A DNA stretch of 64,000 nt. Origin: Armatimonadota bacterium (GTDB lineage: Bacteria > Sysuimicrobiota > Sysuimicrobiia > Sysuimicrobiales > Humicultoraceae). The stretch lies in NCBI GenBank assembly GCA_037443365.1, contig JBBIOM010000004.1:56272-120271 (forward strand), given 5' to 3'. The translations under genes were made by a program, and so were the position numbers. The first letter of the stretch is position 1, and every line of letters begins with the position of its first letter. Below, in pieces: positions 51,920-60,950 of the stretch. The notes under the pieces were generated by a model that saw nothing but the letters and a program-made list of their open reading frames with translations, was not told where the DNA came from and made no database searches.

Positions 51920-53559
51920 TGCATACCCTCTCGCGCGCAGAGGCGCTCCGAGCGCTGGAGCAGGGGGTCGAGGTGCTGGTGATCGGCGGCGGGATCACGG
52001 GCGCTGGCGTGGCGCTGGACGCGGCATCGCGCGGGTACACCGTGGGGCTGGTGGAGCAGGCCGACTACGCCGGCGGGACCAGCAGCCGCTCGACCAAGCT
52101 CGTGCACGGCGGGATCAGGTATCTGCCCCAGGGGCACCTGGCCCTGGTGCGCGAGGGGCTGCGCGAGCGCGGCCGCCTGCTGCGACTGGCGCCCTACCTC
52201 GTGCGTCCCCTCTCGTTCGTGGTGCCGATCTACGCTGGGCTGCGCCGCCCCCTGGGCGTGCGGGTCCCCCCACTCCTGCGGCCGCTCGCGCCGCTGGGGA
52301 TCCGTATGGGCCTGGCGGCCTATGACATGTTCGCCAGGGACGCGCGTCTTCGCCACCGGGCGATCTCGCGCGCGCAGGTGGAGCACGACGTGCCCGACCT
52401 CAACCCTGACGGCCTGCGCGGCGCCCTGATCTACTACGATGCACGCGCCGACGACGTCAGGCTGACGCACGCGGTCCTGGCCACGGCCAGGGCGCTTCGC
52501 GCCGTGACCTGCAACTACGCCGCGGTAACGTCGCTGCGCCGCCAGGGGAATCGCATCAACGGCGCCACGGTCGAGGACCGGCTCACCGGGCGCGTCTTCG
52601 AGGTGAGCGCCCGGCACGTGGTGAACGCCACAGGGATATGGGGAGAGCAGGTCGCCGGGCTGGACGCGACGCCTGAGTTCCGCATCCGGCACAGCAAGGG
52701 AGCCCATCTGGTCCTGCGCCCGGGCGCGGTTGCGCACGAGGGCGCCCTCGTGATACCCGAGACCGACGACGGGCGTCTGGCGTTCATAGTGCCCTGGGCC
52801 GGCCGCCACGTGCTGGGCACGACCGACGACGCCTACGAGGGCGACCTGACCTCGCCGCAGGTCACCGGCAGGGACGTTGACTATCTGCTGGATCACGCCA
52901 ACCGGTACCTGCGCCGGCCGCTGACCAGAAACGACGTGACCGCGGCCTTTGCCGGCATCCGGCCGCTGGTGGCCGCGGCCTCCGGGCCGACCTCGGTGAT
53001 GGGGCGCGATCACCACGTCGCGGTCTCACCGGGAGGGCTGGTGAGCATTGTGGGCGGAAAGCTGACCGGCTACCGCGCGATGGCCGAGGACACGGTGGAC
53101 GCGATCGCCTCGCGGGACGGCCTGCGCCGGCCATGCCGCACGGCCGGGCTGCCGCTTGCCGGGACAGCCGGGCTGGAGGAGGCCCGCTACGCCCTGCTCG
53201 CCTCGGGACTGGGCGCTGACCAGCAGGCGCACCTGCTCGAGGGCTACGGGGCGCGGAGCATGGAGCTGCTAGATCTCGTGCGCGCCGATGAGTCGCTGGC
53301 CGGTCGGCTCGTCCCGGGCCTGGCCGTCACCTCTGCCGAGGTGGCATACGCGTGCAGGGCCGAGCAGGCCGCGACACTCTCCGACTGTATGTTCCTGCGC
53401 ACGCGCCTGGCGGTGATAGACACCCAGGCGGCCGACACCGCGGTCGAAACCGTGGCCGCGCTGATGGCACGCGACCTGGGCTGGGACGCCGCCGAGGCCC
53501 TCCGCCAGCGGGAAGCCTGGGAGGAGCAGCGCGAGCGCGCGCAAAGACGCCTCTCCTGA
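51919..53559 (+). CDS. glpD: FAD-dependent glycerol-3-phosphate dehydrogenase
   Basis: VIGGGITGAG, GTSSRSTKLVHGGIRYL, GTTD, GGKLT. Confidence 0.9.
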   Translation: MHTLSRAEALRALEQGVEVLVIGGGITGAGVALDAASRGYTVGLVEQADYAGGTSSRSTKLVHGGIRYLPQGHLALVREGLRERGRLLRLAPYLVRPLSFVVPIYAGLRRPLGVRVPPLLRPLAPLGIRMGLAAYDMFARDARLRHRAISRAQVEHDVPDLNPDGLRGALIYYDARADDVRLTHAVLATARALRAVTCNYAAVTSLRRQGNRINGATVEDRLTGRVFEVSARHVVNATGIWGEQVAGLDATPEFRIRHSKGAHLVLRPGAVAHEGALVIPETDDGRLAFIVPWAGRHVLGTTDDAYEGDLTSPQVTGRDVDYLLDHANRYLRRPLTRNDVTAAFAGIRPLVAAASGPTSVMGRDHHVAVSPGGLVSIVGGKLTGYRAMAEDTVDAIASRDGLRRPCRTAGLPLAGTAGLEEARYALLASGLGADQQAHLLEGYGARSMELLDLVRADESLAGRLVPGLAVTSAEVAYACRAEQAATLSDCMFLRTRLAVIDTQAADTAVETVAALMARDLGWDAAEALRQREAWEEQRERAQRRLS

Positions 53560-53593
53560 CCCTCCTGTCGGGGGCGGCGCCTGCGCGGAAGGG

Positions 53594-54337
53594 TCAACTG
53601 CGGAGGCGTCCGCGCGCCTCCATGACGCCGCGCAGCCGGTCGGGGTAGTTCGTCATGACGCCGTCCGGCGCCACGTCCAGAACCAGGTTCATGTGTGCGG
53701 GATCGTCCACGGTCCAGGCCTCCACGCACAGGCCTGCGGCGTGCGCGGATGCTACCAGTTCCGGCGTCAGGAAGGCCCAGTGGACGTGCAGGGCGTCCGC
53801 GCGCGCGTCCCGAGCAACCCCAACCGGGTTCACGAGCCGGCCGACGAACAGCACGGCCGTGCGCAGCTCGGGCGCGCCCGGCTTCAGTTCCAATAGCACC
53901 GGGTGATCAAACGAGGACACGGTGACGCCGTCGTGCCCGGCCGCGCGCACCTCGGCGGCCACGCGGGCGGCGATCCCGGGGTAGTATATCGGGCCGTTCT
54001 TCACCTCCACGATCACGCGCACCGGACGCAGCAGATCCAATGCCTCGGCCAGGGTTGGCACTCGCTCGCCCGCGAATCGCTCACCGAACCACCGTCCCGC
54101 GTCCAGGTGCCGCACCGCGGCCAGGGTCTGGTCCCTGACGAGCCCGCTTCCGTCCGTCGTTCGGTCCAGCACGTGGTCGTGGATCACCACGGGCTCACCG
54201 TCGCGGGTCAGGTGAACGTCCAGTTCGACCGCGTCCACGCCCATCTCGAGCGCGCGCCGGAAGGCGGCGAGCGTGTTCTCCGGCGCATCCCCTGACGCGC
54301 CGCGGTGCGCAACCACCCGGATGGCATTGCGGTTCAT
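53594..54337 (-). CDS. Glycerophosphodiester phosphodiesterase (GDPD, cytoplasmic)
   Basis: AHRGAS, PENT, ELDV, HD, SSF, WTVD, TNYPD. Confidence 0.92.
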   Translation of the reverse strand: MNRNAIRVVAHRGASGDAPENTLAAFRRALEMGVDAVELDVHLTRDGEPVVIHDHVLDRTTDGSGLVRDQTLAAVRHLDAGRWFGERFAGERVPTLAEALDLLRPVRVIVEVKNGPIYYPGIAARVAAEVRAAGHDGVTVSSFDHPVLLELKPGAPELRTAVLFVGRLVNPVGVARDARADALHVHWAFLTPELVASAHAAGLCVEAWTVDDPAHMNLVLDVAPDGVMTNYPDRLRGVMEARGRLRS

Positions 54338-54346
54338 CTTCTCACC

Positions 54347-55147
54347 TCAATCCGGCAGCAACTGGTCGAGCCGCTCGAGCACGTAGTCCGGCTGCGGGTC
54401 CGCCGCCAGCGCGGCGTCGCGCGAGGTCGCTCCGGTCAGCACCAGAGCGGTGGCCATGCCAGAGGCCCGCCCCATTGCTATGTCGGTCTCCAGCCGATCG
54501 CCCGCGATCAGGCTCTCGCCCGGCGGAACCCCCAGGCGCTCGGCCAGCACGCGCCCCATGATCGGCGAGGGCTTGCCTACCACCTCCTCCACCCGGTGCC
54601 CTGTGGCGGCCTCCACCGCGGCGATCACCGCGCCGCAGTCGGGCAGCCCGCCCTCTGGCGTGGGGCAGTAGGCGTCGCGGTTCGTGGCCACGAACCGCGC
54701 ACCTGCCCTGATCGAATCAAAGGCCACCTGGAGCTTGCCGTAGTCGAAGGTGCGGTCGAAGCAGGCCACGACGATCTCCACCTCGCCAGGGCGGTCGGTG
54801 AGCACAAACCCGGCCGATGCCAGCTCGGAGCGCACCGAGGGCTCCCCGATGACGAAGAGCCGGGCGCCAGGCGCCGTCTGTGACAGGTGGCGCACCAGCA
54901 CATACGAGGAATTCACCACGCGGTCAGGCTCGGTGGGAATCCCAAGGCCCGTCAGTTTAGCGGCGTAGTCCTGGCGCGTGTACAGAGGGTTGTTGGACAG
55001 GAAGACAACCGGCCTTCCGGCAGCGCGCAGGGATCTCACGGCTCGCCCTGCGCCGGGTAGCAACTCGCCTCCGAGATAGACCGTGCCGTCCAGGTCGAGG
55101 GCGTACCCGGCGTAGAGGCAGTCTGGCCGCCGCAACACGTTGCGCAA
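54347..55147 (-). CDS. HAD-IIA (NagD-like) phosphatase
   Basis: DLDGT, SNN, GKP, GDRLETDI; TTG start inferred. Confidence 0.9.
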   Translation of the reverse strand: MRNVLRRPDCLYAGYALDLDGTVYLGGELLPGAGRAVRSLRAAGRPVVFLSNNPLYTRQDYAAKLTGLGIPTEPDRVVNSSYVLVRHLSQTAPGARLFVIGEPSVRSELASAGFVLTDRPGEVEIVVACFDRTFDYGKLQVAFDSIRAGARFVATNRDAYCPTPEGGLPDCGAVIAAVEAATGHRVEEVVGKPSPIMGRVLAERLGVPPGESLIAGDRLETDIAMGRASGMATALVLTGATSRDAALAADPQPDYVLERLDQLLPD

Positions 55148-55148
55148 C

Positions 55149-56867
55149 CTACCCCCCGCCTGAGCCAAACAGCCCACCCATCCGTGCGCCGGTGAGCCGG
55201 TAGACAGCGTACAGCGTGACCGCGCACAGCAGAATCAACACGAAGCCGAGCGCGGCGGCCTGCCCGATTGTGCCCGAAGTGTAGAACGTGAAGATGCCCA
55301 CGGTCATGGTCTCCCATCCGGGTAGAACCAGCAAGATGGTCGCGGCCGCCTCCTGGAGGGCGAACATCAGCGAGAAGAGGGCGCCGGCCAGCACCCCCCG
55401 CCAGATGAGCGGGAGCGTGATGTCGAAGAACGTCCGCAGGCCCGAGGCGCCCACGCTGGCGGCCGACTCCTCCATGGAGCGGTGGAGACCGAGCAGCGAG
55501 GCGTACGTCGCGCGCACGGTGTAGGGCATCCGGCGCACCGCCAGCACGAGCGGCATGATGATCCACATGCGGCTCAGCACAAGGCCGATCACCGGCAGCG
55601 GGAAGTGAAACGCGCGGATATAGGCGATCCCCATCGCGGTTCCGGGCAGGGCCAGGATGAGGGTGACCACGGAGTCAATCAGCCCCCTCCCGGGCAGGGT
55701 GCTACGCGCAAGCACCCACCCGATGGGAACACCGACCGCCAGGATGATCAGCACCGCGAGCGCGCTCCAGCGCAGTGTGTTGATCAGGTAGATGGGCGTC
55801 AGGTGCAGCACCTGGTCGAGGTGCGCCAGCGTGAACCGGGTCGGAAACGGCGTCAGAGACCAGGCCTTCCCGAAGGCCGCCAGGGTCACGCCCAGGTACG
55901 GTAGGAACGCCACGGTCAGGACCGCCACGAAGAACGCCGGGGCCAGCACCGCGGCCACACCCCGCAGGGGGCGCCGCTCCACGGCGCGGTAGGAGACGAC
56001 CGCGTACTCCCGCAGCCCCACGATGCGCCGGGCGATGACCAGGAAGATGATCGCCATGACGGCCATCAGCGCGCCGATGACGATGCCCATCTTGAACAGG
56101 CGGTTGTCGATGTACTGCACGATGTTCAGATAGGCCTGCGACGCTATCAGGTCCTGCATCCCCACGACGAGCGGCGTGGCGAAGTCCGCAAACGCCAGGA
56201 TGAACACCAGCGTTGCGCCCGAGATGAAACCCGGAGTGACGAGCGGAATGGTGATGTCGCGTATCTTGCGTAGGCCGCGCGCGCCCATCGCCTCGGCGGC
56301 CTCCTCGAGAGAGGCGTCGAGCTTGCTGAGGCCGTCCACCACGTTGAGCGTGATCAGGGGGAAGTAGTGCATGATCATTGCCAGCAGCACGCCGTGCCAG
56401 CCGTAGATGAAGTTGATCGGCTTGGTGAGGCCGAAGTAGTCCATGAGGATGACGTTGACCGTGCCCGCGCGGCCCAGTACGAACACCAATCCCATGATGC
56501 CGACCAGCGGGGGCATGATGATGGGCAGGATGGTCAGGTAAGAGAAGGTCTCGCGCCCGGGGAAGTCGTAGCGCACGAGCAGGAAGGCCGCCAGGAATCC
56601 TATCACAACGCAGCCGACGACCGTACCGGCTGAAACTATGAGCGAGTTCACGAGCGCCCGCCGGTAGAATCCATCGGTGGCGAAGTCTCGAATGAAGGCC
56701 AGGGTGAACTTCCCTTCCTCGGTTGTCGCCGCGTCCACGAAGAGGCGCCACAACGGAAAGGCGATGAACAGGAAGAGGAACACGTATAGCGGGAAGGCAA
56801 GCACCAGGGCGGGCACGCGCGGTCGCGCCGCCCGGGCTGCCGCCACCCGAACGCCCGGCGGCGTCAT
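55149..56867 (-). CDS. ABC permease, FbpB/AfuB-type with duplicated domain
   Basis: Two EAA loops (LEEAAEAMGA, MEESAASVGA), ADFATP, about 12 TM helices. Confidence 0.9.
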   Translation of the reverse strand: MTPPGVRVAAARAARPRVPALVLAFPLYVFLFLFIAFPLWRLFVDAATTEEGKFTLAFIRDFATDGFYRRALVNSLIVSAGTVVGCVVIGFLAAFLLVRYDFPGRETFSYLTILPIIMPPLVGIMGLVFVLGRAGTVNVILMDYFGLTKPINFIYGWHGVLLAMIMHYFPLITLNVVDGLSKLDASLEEAAEAMGARGLRKIRDITIPLVTPGFISGATLVFILAFADFATPLVVGMQDLIASQAYLNIVQYIDNRLFKMGIVIGALMAVMAIIFLVIARRIVGLREYAVVSYRAVERRPLRGVAAVLAPAFFVAVLTVAFLPYLGVTLAAFGKAWSLTPFPTRFTLAHLDQVLHLTPIYLINTLRWSALAVLIILAVGVPIGWVLARSTLPGRGLIDSVVTLILALPGTAMGIAYIRAFHFPLPVIGLVLSRMWIIMPLVLAVRRMPYTVRATYASLLGLHRSMEESAASVGASGLRTFFDITLPLIWRGVLAGALFSLMFALQEAAATILLVLPGWETMTVGIFTFYTSGTIGQAAALGFVLILLCAVTLYAVYRLTGARMGGLFGSGGG

Positions 56868-57943
56868 GCCCGGGGCTCCCTGGGGAAGACCAGCGCGGAG
56901 GCCGCGGTGAATCCCACCACGATCTCTCGACCCGCCCCCAGGAGCGTGTGGCGCCGGGGATCGTGGACGTCCACCAGGAGCACCACCCCGTCGCCGGCAT
57001 CCACCTCGTAGCGGATGACGTTGCCCATGTACTGCGACACGGCGACGCGCCCGCGAACGGCGACGTCTGCGCTGCCCGCATCCCCGACAAGAGTCAAGTT
57101 CTCGGGCCGGATCGCGACGACGGCCGCGCTGCCCACAGACAGCGTCCCGACTCCCCTTCCGCGCAGGACCCCGGCAGGGGTCTTGAGGGCGACCATCCCG
57201 CCACAAACCTCCGTCACCTGGCCGGCCACCAGGTTGTTGGTGCCGATGAAGTCGGCCACGAAGAGCCCGGCTGGCTGCTCGTAGAGTTCGACCGGCGTGC
57301 CTATCTGCAGCACGCGGCCCGCGTCCATTACCGCGATGCGGTCCGAGAGGACCATCGCCTCCTCCTGGTCGTGGGTGACGTAGATCGTCGTGATGTGCAG
57401 GTCCTGCTGCAGCCGCCGGATCTCGCTGCGCAGCCTGGCCCGCACCTTCGCGTCCAGGTTGCTGAGCGGCTCGTCCAGCAACAACACGCGCGGGTTGAGC
57501 ACGAGCGCCCGCGCCACCGCCACCCGCTGCTGCTGGCCCCCGCTGAGCTGGCCCGGGGTGCGGGACTCCAGTCCCTGGAGGCCCACCTGCTCGAGCGTGC
57601 GCAGGACTCGGGTTCTTGTCTCGGCCGGGGGCGTTCGCTGGATCTTGAGCCCGTAGGCGACGTTCTCGAAGACCGTCATGTGCGGCCAGAGCGCGTAGTT
57701 CTGAAACACGATCCCGATCCCTCGCTCGGCGGGCGGAACGCCGTTCATCGGCACCTCCCCGAAGAAGACCGCGCCATCGTCGGGATCGTAGAAACCGGCG
57801 ACGATGCGCAACGTCGTCGTCTTGCCGCATCCCGAGGGCCCCAGCAGCGTGAAGAACTCGCCCTCTTCTATGGTGAGCGAGACGCCGGCCATCGCCTCGA
57901 CCGTCTTGAATCGCTTGACCAGGTCAACCAGGCGTACCTGCAT
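56864..57943 (-). CDS. ABC ATPase (FbpC/PotA family)
   Basis: GPSGCGKT, LSGGQQQR, LLDEP, VTHDQEEA, TOBE tail. Confidence 0.95.
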   Translation of the reverse strand: MQVRLVDLVKRFKTVEAMAGVSLTIEEGEFFTLLGPSGCGKTTTLRIVAGFYDPDDGAVFFGEVPMNGVPPAERGIGIVFQNYALWPHMTVFENVAYGLKIQRTPPAETRTRVLRTLEQVGLQGLESRTPGQLSGGQQQRVAVARALVLNPRVLLLDEPLSNLDAKVRARLRSEIRRLQQDLHITTIYVTHDQEEAMVLSDRIAVMDAGRVLQIGTPVELYEQPAGLFVADFIGTNNLVAGQVTEVCGGMVALKTPAGVLRGRGVGTLSVGSAAVVAIRPENLTLVGDAGSADVAVRGRVAVSQYMGNVIRYEVDAGDGVVLLVDVHDPRRHTLLGAGREIVVGFTAASALVFPREPRA

Positions 57944-57962
57944 CCAGATTCACTCCTTCACG

Positions 57963-58000
57963 GAGAGGCCGGGAGAGGACGCCCTCTCCCGGCCTCCTCT
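57963..58000. terminator. Intercistronic hairpin after the SBP gene
   Basis: GAGGCCGGGAGAGG...CCTCTCCCGGCCTC inverted repeat. Confidence 0.5.
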
Positions 58001-58017
58001 TTCGCCCCAGGCGGGTC

Positions 58018-59154
58018 CTACGGGCAATGCAGTCTCTGCAGATCCTTGTGCCGCTCCAGGATCAACTTGCGGAACACGTCGTTGACCTCGCTGTAGCGCT
58101 TCTCGGCCACGTCGTCGTCGTACACGTTGCGGACGGGCTTGTCGAAGAACGAGCGGGCGCCGGCGAACTCGGCCATGCGCTCCATGGGCGAACCCGGAGG
58201 CCCTTCCAGCCGGTACTTGGGCGCGATCCCGAACTGCCCGCGCGACATCATCACGCGCTGCCCCTCGTCGCTGAGCGCGAACTGGATGAACGCCCTGGCA
58301 GCCCTGATACTCCTGGACCCGGCCAGGGCCGCCAGCGGCTCAGGAGTCACGAACCCGGCGGTCGGGGTCACGTACTTGAGATCGTGCCCGCCCAGCACGT
58401 CCTCGAACGCCATGTAGGCCGGCACCGCGAAGCCAACCGCGAACTCGCCCTTGGCCACGACCGTGGGCACATCGCGGCTGCGGGCCACGAACATGCCGGT
58501 GTTGGCACCCAGCCTCTGCGCCCACTCCCATCCCTTCTGCCAGCCCAGCATCTGCAGTATCACCTCATAAGAGGCGTGGTTGGAGCTCGACCGGTCAGGT
58601 GTGCACTGCGCCACCTGCCCCTTGAGGCGGCAGTCGAGCAGGTCGTCCCAGTCGCGGATCGCCTCCATCCCCACGCGCCTGAGGAGGCGCGGGTGCCAAA
58701 TCAGCCCGTAGGGCGTCAGGCAGCAGCCCACCCAGAAGCCCTTGGGGTCCTTGAGCCGGATGGTCTTGGGAGCCCCGATTGTGGCCGGTATGTCGCGCAG
58801 GATCGCATCGGGCACCTCGTGAGGCACCAGCAACCTGCGGTCGGCCAGGTCATCGAACAGCGCGGGCTCACCGCCCCAGAAGACGTCCGCCTCGGGCCGG
58901 CCGCCCCACTCGCGGATGCGGCCGTAGGCCACCGGGGTCCCCGCCGAGACGACGGTCACGCGCACGGTGACCCCAAACTGCCGGCGCGCAAACTCCGCGA
59001 AGGCCGCCACGGTGGGGTCTGCCACGGTGCGCGCCACGGGCGTGATCAGCACGAGCCGGTCCTCAATGGTCGCCTGTGCCTGGGTCGGCCCCACGTAGAC
59101 GGCCGTCAGTGCCAGGCAAACGGCGATTGCGACGATCAGCATGGTCCGGTGCAT
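58018..59154 (-). CDS. ABC substrate-binding protein (Fe3+/AfuA-like family)
   Basis: Signal peptide, PEADVFWGGE, WDDL, TPDRSSS, VAKGEFAVG; first gene of the ABC-HAD-GDPD operon. Confidence 0.88.
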   Translation of the reverse strand: MHRTMLIVAIAVCLALTAVYVGPTQAQATIEDRLVLITPVARTVADPTVAAFAEFARRQFGVTVRVTVVSAGTPVAYGRIREWGGRPEADVFWGGEPALFDDLADRRLLVPHEVPDAILRDIPATIGAPKTIRLKDPKGFWVGCCLTPYGLIWHPRLLRRVGMEAIRDWDDLLDCRLKGQVAQCTPDRSSSNHASYEVILQMLGWQKGWEWAQRLGANTGMFVARSRDVPTVVAKGEFAVGFAVPAYMAFEDVLGGHDLKYVTPTAGFVTPEPLAALAGSRSIRAARAFIQFALSDEGQRVMMSRGQFGIAPKYRLEGPPGSPMERMAEFAGARSFFDKPVRNVYDDDVAEKRYSEVNDVFRKLILERHKDLQRLHCP

Positions 59155-59261
59155 GCTCAAGATACCTCCTCTCGGTGTCCTGCACTTGCGCCCCCAGGCA
59201 TGACTACTTCAACCTCTGCTCCCGTATCTCCTTGGCCGTTTCCCAGAGCAATTCCGGGCGT

Positions 59262-59606
59262 CTAGGCCGGCCCAGGCTCCAGCAGGCAGATCACGCGCGC
59301 GACAACCGCGGCCTCATCGAGCCCGGCGATCGCCTCGCGCCCACCCAGGATGAATACCGGGTAGCGACGTGGGCGGTAGCGGATGACGCGGGCAAACCAC
59401 ACCAGCGAGAACGGCTCAATCAGGTACACGGCTATTCGATCACCGAAGTCCTGGTGCAGGCGGTCAAGCAGTGCGAACAGACGGTAGGATTCGCCCCCTG
59501 AGGCCGGGGATCGCCCTGCAGACGGGTGTGGGGAGGTGCCGCCCGACAGGCCGCGCGCCAGGACCTCGATTACAAGCGGACGAGCCCTGCCGCAAGATGA
59601 CGCCAT
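59262..59606 (-). CDS. Hypothetical protein (possibly a thioredoxin-like fold without CxxC)
   Basis: SD AGGAGG; C-terminal YPVFILGG pattern; fills the intergenic gap. Confidence 0.5.
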   Translation of the reverse strand: MASSCGRARPLVIEVLARGLSGGTSPHPSAGRSPASGGESYRLFALLDRLHQDFGDRIAVYLIEPFSLVWFARVIRYRPRRYPVFILGGREAIAGLDEAAVVARVICLLEPGPA

Positions 59607-59705
59607 GCAGGTAGACTCCTCCTGGCACCCCCGCAACTCCTGCTGGCAGGAGTTGCAGAGGTTTCCTTGTATTCACCATCCGTTGCCCAACGCCAGAGCC
59701 GAGGC

Positions 59706-60590
59706 ATGTACATGCGCGCACACGCCATCATAAACCCCATCGCCGGCCGCGACCGCGGCATTCGTGCCTGGGCGCGGGCCAGACCCGTCCTGGCCGAAGC
59801 CGGTTGGAAGATCACCGCAAGATTCACAGAGTGCCGGGGACAGGCCGTGGAGCTCGCCGCAGACGCCGACGCCGATGTGGTCCTGGCCGTCGGCGGGGAT
59901 GGCACCGCGCAAGAGGTGGCCAACGGGCTGCTGCGACGCTCCCGGCCCCCGGTCATGGGCGTGATACCCGTGGGAACAGGCAACGACTTCGCACGCGCGC
60001 TGGGGCTGCCGCGCGATCCCGCTGCCGCGGCAGGCATGCTCCTGACCGCTCGTCCGAGGCTCCTCGATGTCGGCGTGGTCAACGACCGGTACTACCTGAC
60101 GGTTGCCGGAGCCGGCTTCGACGGCGAGGTCGCGCGCCTGGTGAACGCCTGGCCCAAGGTGCTGGGCGGAACCGCCACGTACGTGCTGGGCATCCTCAAG
60201 ATGCTCGTGGTCTACCGCCCGGTGGAGGTCGAGCTCGCGGTTGACGGCGTCTTGGAGCGCGAGCGGCTCTTCCTGATCGCGGTGGGCAACACCGCCTGGA
60301 ACGCCGGGGGAATGTGGATCGTCCCGCCCGCGCGCCCGGACGACGGCATCCTGCATGCCGTGATCGCAGGGCCCCTCACCCGGATTGAGACGCTCATGGT
60401 GCTGCCCGGGGTCTACTCGGGCCGGCACCTCAAGCACCCTAAGGTGCGCCTGACACAGGGCAGGGAGATAACCGTCACCAGCGCCACACCGCTGTCAGTC
60501 CAGGCCGACGGTGAGGCAATCGGGACTCTTCCGGCCACGTTCCGGATACACCCGGCCGCGCTCCAGGTCCTGTCCCCCGCAAGCATGTAA
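59706..60590 (+). CDS. Diacylglycerol kinase-family lipid kinase (YegS/DgkB)
   Basis: INPIAG, GGDGT, GTGNDFAR, GAGFDG, DDG, QADGE. Confidence 0.92.
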   Translation: MYMRAHAIINPIAGRDRGIRAWARARPVLAEAGWKITARFTECRGQAVELAADADADVVLAVGGDGTAQEVANGLLRRSRPPVMGVIPVGTGNDFARALGLPRDPAAAAGMLLTARPRLLDVGVVNDRYYLTVAGAGFDGEVARLVNAWPKVLGGTATYVLGILKMLVVYRPVEVELAVDGVLERERLFLIAVGNTAWNAGGMWIVPPARPDDGILHAVIAGPLTRIETLMVLPGVYSGRHLKHPKVRLTQGREITVTSATPLSVQADGEAIGTLPATFRIHPAALQVLSPASM

Positions 60591-60698
60591 CCCCTGCTCT
60601 TTCGTGCACATCCAGGACCATCCACGCTAAACAGGACTAAAAAGAGCCTGTTCTTGGCATATAGAGTACTCAGGAGAGCACATCTCCGGGAGGATGCC

Positions 60699-60950
60699 GT
60701 GCAGGAGCGCAGACCGACCATCATGACCGTGCCGGAGGTCGCCCGGTACCTGCGTGTCCATGCCATCACCGTCTACCGGATGATTCGACAGGGCGAACTC
60801 CCCGCTATCCGCGTGGGACGGGGCTGGCGGTTCAAGAAAGAAGACATCGAGCGCTGGCTGCAAGAGCACGAGGCCAACTCCCACGGGCAGTTCCCCACGC
60901 GCAGCCTGCCGCGCGCGCGTGTCAAGAGGAAGTTCCGTGTCTCCCGCTAG
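60699..60950 (+). CDS. Excisionase-like (HTH_17/BldC-type) DNA-binding protein
   Basis: MTVPEVARYLRVHAITVYRMIRQGELPAIRVGRGWRF; SD GGGAGG. Confidence 0.85.
   Translation: MQERRPTIMTVPEVARYLRVHAITVYRMIRQGELPAIRVGRGWRFKKEDIERWLQEHEANSHGQFPTRSLPRARVKRKFRVSR

Noticed and set aside
60654-60672. Sigma54 promoter (TGGCAT) before the pilus operon
   Set aside because: There is no TTGC -12 element at the required spacing.
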